Assembly: GCF_026571515.1 (NCBI RefSeq)
Contig: NW_026859253.1
Coordinates: 124,001 to 188,000 of the forward strand
Reading direction: 5' to 3'
Source: Ruditapes philippinarum
Taxonomy: Eukaryota
DNA length: 64,000 bases
Below the pieces are notes generated by a model. It worked only from the letters and a program-made list of their open reading frames with translations. It was not told the DNA's origin and ran no database searches. Position 1 is the stretch's first letter, and each line of letters starts with the position of its first letter. A program made the position numbers and the translations under genes. Shown piece after piece: positions 37,601-49,600 of this stretch.

Positions 37601-40600
37601 TTCACATGACTGTTTTTTTAACAATTGAAAACCTGTGTTTGTAACATTTACATGATTCATAAGCCTCGGAAACTCACTTGATGGTGTAAACTTTTCGTAG
37701 CTGGGAAACAAATCTGGGTATTTGTCTGTGAGACAGCTAACATGGCGACCTTTCTGTACTTTTTCTGCCAACATATCCATTTTATTCATAAAAAGAAGAA
37801 TTGACACGTTCTTTAAAAATCTGGAAAAAAAAGAATACAAAATAATGAAAGCAAAGATCGACAGTGGAAGGCAACGTTCATCGGACACCGGACGCACGAC
37901 TATCTACCCATTAAGTAACAACGAGCCACACAGGATAGAAGAAAACTGGTCTATTAATGACTGACCAAAAATGATAAGAACTCAAGCGTTCAATCTAAGC
38001 GTTTCACAAAAGCACGTTATCAATTTATTCAATAAGTCATTATCTATATTAGGCTATTGTTATACTTTGTTATACTACTGACATAATTATGAGGGATAGC
38101 ATAATATATTATAGATATTTTTAACAATATAGAAATATAGATATGCATCAAGATGACCTTCTGAATGTTATAATAATGAATATCAAGCTAAATGAATATT
38201 AAATCAATGTAATAGTAGGTTCACCAGGAACTAGATTTTGGAAAAGCTTCATTAGGGTCAGATTAATACAAATCTAAATAAAATTTGAAAACAAAATACC
38301 ACAAAACATATATTTATCGAATAGTATTATTACATTCTAATTTATTCATCGGCATTAATAATCATCAATATTCAGATTTTATATGTTCATTATTAACATA
38401 GAACATAAAAAACTGCGAAATTCTATAATGTTTCAAAAGACTGTACATAATGTTGATTTAAACATATTAATTCGATATATTTACATTTTGCATGATAAAC
38501 AATATTTACACAATACATTTTGGAATTAGGCATAAAGCTATGGAAGCTTTTAAGTGTCCTCCTCCTTGTTATATGTATTTAATGTTTGGTTCAAACATAT
38601 TTATTCCCACAAGCATATATAATGAACATGTACTTGATGTTTGAACGTGTGTCTTAATGCAAAATATAGAGAGAAAATATGAAAGTACTATGACTGTTGC
38701 TTAATTACTTTCACAAAGTACTGGCACGGCAGTACTGAACCAAAATCTAGCATTGACATTGAACATTGGTTTTAGTTGCTGATAAAATGTATCAATGATT
38801 GCGCGTGAAACAATCACCGGGAACAAAGTATTTTCATGATTTTGGTCAACTTTCTAAAAATACACATAACAAAGCTTGACGAATGTATACGCTTTATTGA
38901 TATAATTAAGGTATTGTGTCATTCCATAACGTCATAAAGGGCATTTAATGAGATATGTAAGGAAAATATTGCATAAAAAACGTGTTTCCTTAAGCTACAG
39001 TCTCACTTACATCCCGGCAGAGCCCCGGCAGAGCCCCGGCAGACGTCCGGGGTGATCCGGGAACGACCGGGGTACGACCGGGAACAACCGGGGTACATCC
39101 GTAACTCTGCCGGCAACGTCCTGGATGATCCGGGATGATCCGGGAACATCCGGCATTCGACCCCGGATGGAATAAAATATTTAATATCACCGGGATGGTC
39201 CGGGATGATCCGGGAAGGTATAGCTTTGCCGGCTTCATCCTTAGCTCTGCCGGGAACGACCGGGGTTATACCGGGAAAGCACCGTAGCTCTGCCGGCACA
39301 AACCGGGGATGATCCGGGGTATGATATAGCCGGTAGAGCTACGGTAGAGCTACGGTAGAGCCCCGGTATATGCCGGCAGAGCCCCGGTAACTACAGGCAG
39401 AGCCCCGGAGGATAAAGGTAGAGCTACGGTTGATCCCGGTAGAGCCCCGGCAAAGCCCGGATCATTTCAAAAGAATAACGACAATTTGCGATGATTGCAC
39501 TTGTTTGTATTAAAAGCCTTCCCATTTCCCTTCTATCCAGTATAGCATAAGGATTTTTCAGAAAATCATCATGAATTACTATTCTGGAACAATAGATATT
39601 ATATTAAATAAAAAATATGTATCAATGTTATCATTTTCGGGAGTTTTCAATCCACCGGGGTTCTACCGGGGCTCTGCCTGGATCGTCCTGGGCTCTGTCG
39701 GGGCTCTGCCTGGATCGACCGGGCTCTGCCTGGTCAACCGGGGCTCTTCCGGCGTCATCCGGGAACGACCGGGGAAGCACCGGCATGAACCGTAGCTTCA
39801 CCTGGGCTCTGCCTGGATGATCCGGAGCGCATCCTGGGTGGTTAGTAGGGAACTACCGTAGTGCTGCCGGGGTAAGTGTGACGCGCAACAATAATTTCAT
39901 CCCGGACCGTCCCGGACCATCCCGGTAACTTACCGGGATGGTCCTGGGCTCTGCCGGGAGTAAGTGAGACCGAGGCTTTATAGCTAGGACAGATACATGC
40001 CGCTGTTATACTCGTACAGATTATTTAATCACCAAGAAAAAAATGCACGTATACAAATATAACATGTGAATATTTGATTAGAAAAATAAACATTGTCTTA
40101 GATAAATGACGATAAAGATTCTGAAAAAAGCAGGTATTCGATTGTCTTTCCCGTCGCCTTTCCGGAACCAGCCGGATAAAACTGGCTTTATTTGTATGAA
40201 ATCATTGATCAAAACGTTATATAAATTTAACAACGTTACGTGAAATTGAGAGCCATTTGATGCGATTTTGATATGTCGGTAACACATTAAAAGACCACCT
40301 GAAGTTATACTAATGGCAGAGGATAATATGACTTCACACAGATTCGTGATTAAGGCAACTTTGTGTTTACTTCTTAACAATGAAATTACATAATCAGACT
40401 GTTAAACAATTAATTTCCCCTGACATTGTCCCAGATTCCGGACAAAAGAAAGATATTCTAGATATAAAGACACAAATACTTAATGTTCATAGAAAACATT
40501 GGAGCAAAAGTTACATTAATAATGTTTGACGTTATTATAGAATCATTGTCTCCTAAATTCAATGTTTCGTATATCTCGAATTCTTCATTTCCTAGAGACA

Positions 40601-43600
40601 ATGGTTCATATATCTCTATATTTCATTTCCTAGAGACAATAATTCGTATATCTTGAATATTTCATATCCTAGAGACAAGGATTCGTGTATCTCGAATATT
40701 TCATATCCTTGAGGCAAGGATTCGTATATCTCGTATATTTCATCTCCTAGAGACAATGATTCATATATCTCGAATATTTCATCTCCTAGAGACAATGATT
40801 CCTATATCTCGAATAGTTCATCTCCTAGAGACAATGATTCGTACATCTCGACTATTTCATCTCCTAGATTCAATAATTCGTATATCTCGACTACTTCATC
40901 TCCTGGATACAATGATTCGTTTATCTCGAATATTTCATCTCATAGAGACAATGATTCGTATATCTAGAATATTTCATCTCCTAGAGACAATGATTCGTGT
41001 ATCTCGAATATTTTTGTCCAGCATAGTGAAGTAACAGCACTTTCTTCCGCTCTTTTTGGGGTCAATGCTAAGTCATGTGAACAAGTTAAGTTTTCCAGTT
41101 TCGTCACTTATTTTGTCCATCTTGTAGCTTTTGGACGATGCCCTAGCCTCTGACAATGACGATGAGGCTTAACAACGATACTTAACAGCGAAAAATAATG
41201 ATTTGCTATGTATTTATTAGAATATTGAAATGAAAAAGAGGCTAAATGGAGTATAGCAGTGATTTGATATAGATTGTTTGGACTCGAGAAATAAAAACGA
41301 GGCTAAATGGATAAAACTGTACAAAACTGTATATAATAATTTATTACCCTTCCAGATTTTTTCCGCCTTTTTGATTGGTTATTGATCACCCGAAAGAAAT
41401 TGATATTACCGAGCCAGACGGGTAATATACACACTAAATTTCCCCGTTTGGTACCCCACGTTGTAAACAACATGCGCTGAGGTGATGCGCGTATGGTTCG
41501 ATTTTACGCGGCGTAAATTCCGATTTACAAACACTTTTTAACTGTCAAATGATAAATATTTACCAAAGTAAAGTAATGACACATATTCTCATCAGTATTG
41601 AAAACAAATATGACCTTGTGAAAGCTTGATATTAATTACAAAAAAGTGCGTTCAATAGATTACTCCTTTTCTCTTGTTTACATTCGTTAGGTACGGGAAA
41701 AAAAAAGTCAGTAATTTTTTTGAGTCATGGGCGGGTGATATAAAATCTTAGCAGGGAAAATCCCCATATATTTACTTTCCCAAAAACCCAAAAAACCCTA
41801 TAATACTTGCATTTGGGGAAACTTTATTTTAAAAACCGGGTTTTAAATTTTAATCTAAACCCTCCCTATTTTTTATTTGAAAATTTTCCCCTTTTTTTCC
41901 CGCTTTCCCCAAAAATTTCCAAGGCTTAAAAAATCGGTTTTTTTTTTCCCGGGTCTTCTCGCAATGGGTTTTTCGTAGGCTACTTTCAGTCGGGAAGAAA
42001 AAAAATTTCGGGCAAATGGGCAAAAGCTTGGGTCCCCTTTTTCCCTTCCCCTTTTCTGACCCCCTACGTTTAAACCCCATGGAAACAAATATGAAAACCC
42101 TTTTTAAAATACCCCTTACAAAAGGGAATTTAAAAAATGAAAAAAGTTCATTTAAATTAAAAAAAAAAGGAAAAGAACTATCTAAGATGAAAAAACAATC
42201 TTGAAATGTCATCATGTTTATAGTAAAAACAAAGTCAATTATTTTCCCCGTAAACTTCCTATGAATTGTTGACTGTTCAAATATTAAGCCGTTTCTATTG
42301 TACTAAGCTGCATCAATATGGAATGTTAACGTGACAATTAAAACACATTGAACCATAAATAGTTTTTTTTCTTGGCGCTTTATTAAAGAAACGTTTCCGG
42401 AACGAGGTGTATTTATGAACTAAGTAAACACAATTAGACGTGAGTCAATCAAACAGCTTAAGAAACTTCCTGTTAAAATATAAATCAAAATATTTGCTTC
42501 ACCGTGTATTACTAAAAATCAATCTGATCTTCTCGGCAATAGATGCCGACATATTGGAACCATTTTATGTCACATGCCTCCATGTGCTAAAAGTGACAGG
42601 GAAATTTCTTTTATACAGTGGGAGAAAAAGTAGTCGGCATAGACAAAGTTTGCAGAAATTGATGCGAAAGTTGCCTTTTTTGGCCAATTTGATTTAAAAA
42701 CGTCCTATAGCCCAGGGCGGGGCGGAAATTGGGTTGCTTTTTTCCGTGGTTTCCCCATCGGGGGCAACTTATCCAAGAATACGGGGGGAAAAACCCATCT
42801 TTTGGGAGTTAACAACATTAAAACTATTATGGGTTTTTTGGGTTTAACACATTTTTTTGAAAAAATTTTAGGGGAAAAAAAAAAAATCAAAACGAAAAAT
42901 GCATCGAAGCTATTTAGGGTTTTTGAAAAATCTACCCCGGGTTTCCATTTTGAGAACGGGGTCCTTTGGGAAATTTTGCTTACTTTAATTTCTTTCTAAA
43001 AGTTTGGGGAAAAGAAAATTATTTACTAAATGAACAGGATGGGCCACATTTTTAACCTCAAATTCTATTGTTGAATACTAGTAGTTAACACTCTACAGCG
43101 GAGAATATCCTGGTCCGACGGTATATAGTCCGCTTGACGTATCTCGGTCAAGTTATCTAAAAAACTAAACAAGCATATGTATTATAAAATTGTTCCATTC
43201 TGATTCCAAGTTTTAGAAATGATACATAAAACTAAAAAAGAATCTACTCATTTCAAATGCTCGAAAAAAATCTTCTTGCAATTTTTAGCATACGTCGATT
43301 TATTTGAGCAGTTTAAAACGTTGTTGTTGGTTTTTGTTTTTTTTCTTATAAGAGGTAAACGATTGCATGCCAAACTAACAAGTAAACTTGTAGATCTATT
43401 TTTGGAAAACATTGGTACTGCGCTCAAGAATACAGTTCGTACCTATCAACAAGCGCCTCGTTTATGTGACGATAAGAATTAGTGGTGTTTATGACAACTG
43501 TCCTTAAAATGCAAGCAAAAATAATGACATGTCTGTATGCATAGGCTCACGTCAACCGGCACGTTAGTTGGTCTTTTTAAATTTTTTAGTTAACTGAAAC

Positions 43601-46600
43601 ATCTCTAATTTAAAAAGGAAATTTTTAAATTTTAAAAAACCAAAACAAATTTTTTTCAAAATCAAGGGTGGGAAAAATTTTAAAAATTTTTGATATTCTA
43701 ATCAGTATTTATGCCAAAGAGGTAAAAAAAAATTTAAAATATTTTTGGGGGATCAATGAAACTGGAAATTTTGTGTGATCTGGGGAAAAAATTTCTTTTA
43801 CTCCCCCCCTTCCCTTTAAAAATTCTTTTGTGAAACAAAAATTTCTGCCCAAAAGTTTTTAAAAAAGATAGGTTTAAAAGCTATTTAAAAGTCGGGAAAA
43901 TTTAAATTTTTTTTGGAAATAAGATATACTTTAAAATAAAAAGCTATCAAAAACAGAACACCATCATCATTTCATCAACAACAAAACAACAAACCCCGTT
44001 GTCATCCCCATCAAAACATTCTGTCGTTTGTCGTTGTCAACGAAACATCACTATCACAATTTCATTATAATCTTCATCGACCGACACCCAAATAATTTTG
44101 CAAAACACTGCCACTGAATTAAAATAAAAGTCAAAAATTCTCATTCAGGGCGTAAAAAAAACCCCCGCAAAAAATACATATAGATTTTTCCCTTTAAACC
44201 CAAAAGACAGAAATCCAGTCAGGAGGCTTTTGATAAAGTTGTGCATGCGACATTCTGCAACTGTCTTATTTGTACGGTGACCAGTTACCATTCAGGTAGA
44301 ATACTGACGCAAACAGCGTTGCCGCAGAAGGAAGCATTATGATAAGTTGTAGTGTTGGCCTTTTGAAACAGTTTTATAAATACTTGTTACTAAAATCCCA
44401 TTTCAACAGCTAATGGACAAGTAGTCAATTCTTTAAAATCCCAATTACAAATCTGGTTTTTGTCAGTCTTTTAAACTAAGGGGAAAAACATGGCCCAACA
44501 TTTTGCCTATTTACAAGAAAAAATTTAATTTTGATACATTCTGGTTAAGCGCTTGTAAACCCAAATTGACCCAATTTTTTTTTGTACCGGGTTGGGGATT
44601 TCCCATGTAACTACCTCCGGTAAAATTTTTAAACATGTTAAAAGGGGGGAATATGGGGTTTACTGCAAAAGGGGGTTTCAATGAAAAAAATAATAGGGTT
44701 TAAAACAGCTGTTGATGAAAAGAAAATTTAACATTTTTTTGGTGTGCCAAGAATTTTTCTATACTTTTTGTTTTGAGTCAATGGTTTTTTCGATTAATTT
44801 GGATTGTAAAATTAAAGTTTCCCCACTAAAAGTTATCAAAACACGGTCTTTACATTTTTTTTTAGTTTGGGGTTTTTAGGGATTCTTATTTTTCTCTATT
44901 TTAAATTTGGAAAAAGAGTGGCTGTGTACATACCCCAATTTATAATAATAATTTTCCCTTTTTTCATTTTGAGGCTTAAAAATGCTTTTTTAATTGCCCT
45001 AAAAAATTTTTTTTATTGATTTCGTCCGAAATGTTTCCTTTGGGTTTTCCTGGCTCTAATCTAGGATTTAAATCAACAAGGATTGGGGGCAGTTAAAACC
45101 TCGGGGACGCTTTTGAGAAATCATTTCAGAAAATGACAAATTTCGTGTTTCTTTTTTTTGGCCCAAATTTTTTTTTTTTTCATTCATTACATACTATATG
45201 TGTGAAAAAATGAATTTGAAATTTTAAATTTTCTTTCCCTTTGGGGAAAAAAGGGGGAAAATTTTTCCATTTTTTCATTCAAAGCGCCCTGTCCGGTATA
45301 TACCGGGAACACCCCGGGATTCAGGTGGTGCTCTTTAAACCTTTGTTTTGTCTCATTTTTAGGGGTAATAAACCCTTTTGGGTTCCCCTTCCCACAAAAA
45401 TGGGCAGAAGGTATATTTTCAAAAAAAGGTTTGATTTTTTTTGTTTGAATTATTATTCTTTTATTCGTAAACTTACCTTGTCTACTTTTGTTTCCCTCTA
45501 ATCTTTGAATAAGTGGTTTCCCTTTTTTTTTTTTAATAAAAATTTTTATTTAAATTTAAATTTAATTTTCGGGAGAACACAAAAACACCCGTTTTCTCCC
45601 AAAAATCATATTTTTTAACCCTTTTTATGATTTTAATTAGGGAAAATGCCCACATTAAAAATTTTTTCTTGATTCAATTTTTAAAATCTCATTATCATCA
45701 ATACTCATCGTACTTCATCGGGTCTTGATGGTAAAGATTTTGTTTAATCCAAGAGGATATTGTTTCACAACAAATTTGTGATAGCGACAAATGTCAAACT
45801 TTTATTGGAATGCATCTTTTAAAAAAAAGGTTCTGAGAGTTGACTATAGCGAAACAAGGTTGCGGGGGTAGAATAGGACCCCTTTGTGTCGGTGAAACAA
45901 ACGTAAGCACACACACTAAATGTCAGTTTAACGGTGGAAGTGTGTCAGCGAAGAAAAAATACTTTTGTTACTGTAAACTGTTCTTCTTTTAATCGTGTGA
46001 TGAACAGATTATTAGTTTATTACGTTCAGTCAGCTTCATTGTACCTATACACATTCAATTTCCACCATCTAATAACCGTGTGTTACTATCGCAACACGGT
46101 GTAAACACTTACATACGGTGATACTTAATAGATATTTCGCTCTCTTTTGTAAAGACGAGTTATTCACTTTTCAAAGAATTCAGTTTCTTTTTCGATTGTC
46201 AGTACGTCAATAAGCTAGCTGATGGTCACTTTAACACACACGTTAATGATAATAAATCGTCAAAATTCTGGTCTTGTCGCCTATATTTCTTCAAGTTTAC
46301 TTTCATGCCAGCATCTGTCAGTTGTATAAAGTGCTTCTGATAATTCAATGAAGGGTGTGTTTTTGTTAGATATAGAATGTAATAAAATAATGCGCCTGAA
46401 ATATGTGTCATCTTTTCGTCTTACGAGATTCTCTTATTTCCAGTGACACTTCCACAATTCATATCGTTTTTAAACTATACCATCCGCGGTAGTTTAGATC
46501 ATTCTGCGTCAAATACAGAAATATAACAGCGGGTGCAGTGGTCTAGTGGTAGCGTTCTTTGATTACAAACTCAGGGCTAGCAAGTTTATCCTCCGCTACA

Positions 46601-49600
46601 CTAATAATTCTTGGGCAACTGAGGTACCGTGTAATGGTGATTAATATCTTTCTCTTAAAAGAAGCACGAGTTCCTACTATATAGAATGGAGCTGGATTCA
46701 ATAAAATAGCATTACAGCCAAATCTATGAAAAAAATGTCATACCAAATATAATATTTACAGGCAAGGTGTCTTTATTTGGAGGTTAGTGTGTTCTATCTG
46801 ATCAATGAAGGTTTGACGAATAGTGGTTTTTATACACAGGGTGATCTTTTTCAGTGGTGGTCTTTAACACAAGTTTTACTGTACATAAGTCTTCTGGAGT
46901 GATTCGACCTTTTATGTTTCCGGTGTCGATTATAGCTAAAGGTATCTCACACACTATGCAGGGGAAAAATATTGGACTTTTCGAGGTCCCTTTTTTATCC
47001 GGGATGGAATAAGAAGTTTTCTGTTTTAAGTAAAAATTATTTGGGAAAACGAAAATCATGGTTGTAGGAATACGTAATTTAAAATTTAATTTGAAAAATT
47101 TAAAAAAATAACAAAAAGTTTTTTACCCAGTTATCGGGGGTTTGATCCATGCTTCGTTTTAGTATATACCCAAATTTTTACTATTTTCTTTAATTTCCCC
47201 TCGATACCTTTTTGGTTTCCCTGGCACACAAAATTTAAATACAATTTCTCTTTTTTTAATTTTGTCTGATGTTTAATTTTTCTATTCTTTCCTGTAAAAA
47301 AAGAAAAAATTTTACTTAAAAAAAACTGGGATATTTTTAAACGTAAAGTTTACGGAAGGGTACTCGAGGTTCTTCCTCCACCAGTAAAGCTAGACCTAAA
47401 CTGTGTTGGTGCAGCGCAAACCGAACATAGGCCCCCAAACTCCCCATCCCCACCCACACTCCCATTAAAAAACTAATTCCTACTTAAGTTCGCTATCCAG
47501 TTACCATTTTAGGCGGCAAATAGGTCCAACTGAACTTTTTCAATTAAGCACCTTGATTCTACATCCTGGTCTCATTGTAACTATTTATTACTATTTTCGT
47601 TGTTTCGTGTTATGTGTGTGTGTGTTGAGATGGCATGAACGGGCCACCATACTTTACAGTTTAAAACATTACTGATCTTCTCTGTGTGTGCTTCAAAATG
47701 TTTATTTTACATTTAAAGAGAAACTGCATAGCAATTATCACTATTTTCGAATATCAAACTTGAGCATAATATATCTCAAGGAAAACTATTCATAAAAAAA
47801 TACCTGGCATTGTTTGTAGCTAAATAATTCCGGCAAAATTTTCATAACAGTTGATAAACATGTTACAATTTAATGCGTACAAAACATTCACCACAGTTTA
47901 TATCTCAATTACAAACAGTGAATGTTCAACTTTCATTCGAGCAAAGATATGTTTTTACTTGACCTGCTTATAGTAATGAAATGTAGTTTCGACTTTGGAA
48001 AGAAAACTACATGTAGTATCAATGTAGAAAATTTAAATAATTCATAATTCATAGCAAGACATTACACTAACCTTTAACATGCTGGGACTGACAGTTGATA
48101 AGCCTTTGCCACCAGTATAGAGCCAGGCCAGCCTGCACACCCGTGTTGCCTGGCTAGTCTCTACAGTATACTGTTGATAGCTTTTTCATTTATTTTATTT
48201 TATTTTTTTTTGGGGGGGGGAGGGGGTGTTTGATATTTTAAAATGGACTGTTCGAAATTCTAAATAGGACGAATCCATTAAAGAATTTTCATCAGGTTAG
48301 TGGTTTAAACATTTACCTCGTTTCAAATCCGTTGATATGTATGATCTTCATCTGTTTGGTAATAGTACTTTTCCCTGATTCACCCGTTCCTGAAAAAGTG
48401 TCAAAAATAATGAATACGTGTATAATAAAAAAGCGATAATAAAGTATCTAAAAAGTAGGTTTTCTTACAAATCAATGTTTTTCCTCTTTCCGGTTCATGT
48501 TACGTATACTAAAGTATCAAATGTATGTTTACAGATCTCGATTAAAGGCGAGTGTGGCGAAAATGAACAATATATCTGTGCCGCGAATTAGCTCCCTTTG
48601 CGCATAATTTGTTACCCTTCAGTACATTTTTGTATTTTCTGATCGCAAGATCAGTAAATACATAGCTAACATCCACGGTCTAACACAAAATTTCCTAACA
48701 GTCCTAACAACGCAAAGTAGTTCTTACTCAAAACTGCTTAAAACCAGCAATTTAAAAGACAGAATAATTTTTAATGTAGACATTTAACGAATTACAGTGC
48801 ATTGAAAGTTCAGATTAGTCAATAGAAATATGAGGTTACAATCACAAATTTCGCGGATGAATATCATTTTAATCAATGAAAATGCTATTTTTAGCTATGT
48901 CGATTACTGAATACTCCAGGGCGTAGTATACACATAAATCTGACTGCCGAGTAGTGGAATATATACATGTCGGACTGTTTTGGCGAGAATATTTTCGCTA
49001 AATTATTTTTATCGGTGTTATTGTTTGGTTTTATTAACCTGTCAATTACATACTGATTACACGGTCGATGCACACAATATATTAATCTTCGGTAGATTTT
49101 CGGAAAGTTCCGTGAGATGTACGTTGTACGATGGAATTTAATTTAATTTGTATCTATGAACTAAGTGTACTGATCGTTATAGCGCAATAGGGTAAAGCAC
49201 GAGTTTATAATCTAAGTGTCATAGATGTTTTAAGTTCGAGACCGCGTTGGTCCATGTTTTTTTCATTCCTATAATACTTTCAACATTATTATAGCTACAC
49301 ATGATTATTTTTTGTGTTGTTCGTTTTGTTTTATTATGTTTTGCTTAATTTTGTAAAGTCTATACTCTTTTTAAATAACATGTTTTAAGAATTCATGTTT
49401 AAAATTAAAACGGATTAAAACCAATAAATGTCTTTTCAATGCCGTAAAACACACTACAAATCGGTTCCATTAAAATATACTGCAAAAATAAAGAGAGAGT
49501 AAAGCCTAAAAGAATTTCATCAGTAAGGATCGAACCACAGACCTCTCAATTATCAGGCATTCTCTTAACCGACTGCACTATTGCGAATTAACGAAAACCT

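Noticed and set aside
38990-39820. Pro/Gly/Arg-rich ORFs
   Set aside because: By-product of GC-rich subterminal repeats of a non-autonomous transposon.
40756-41034. 92-aa repetitive ORF
   Set aside because: Translation of the 39-bp minisatellite (a multiple of 3), antisense within an intron.
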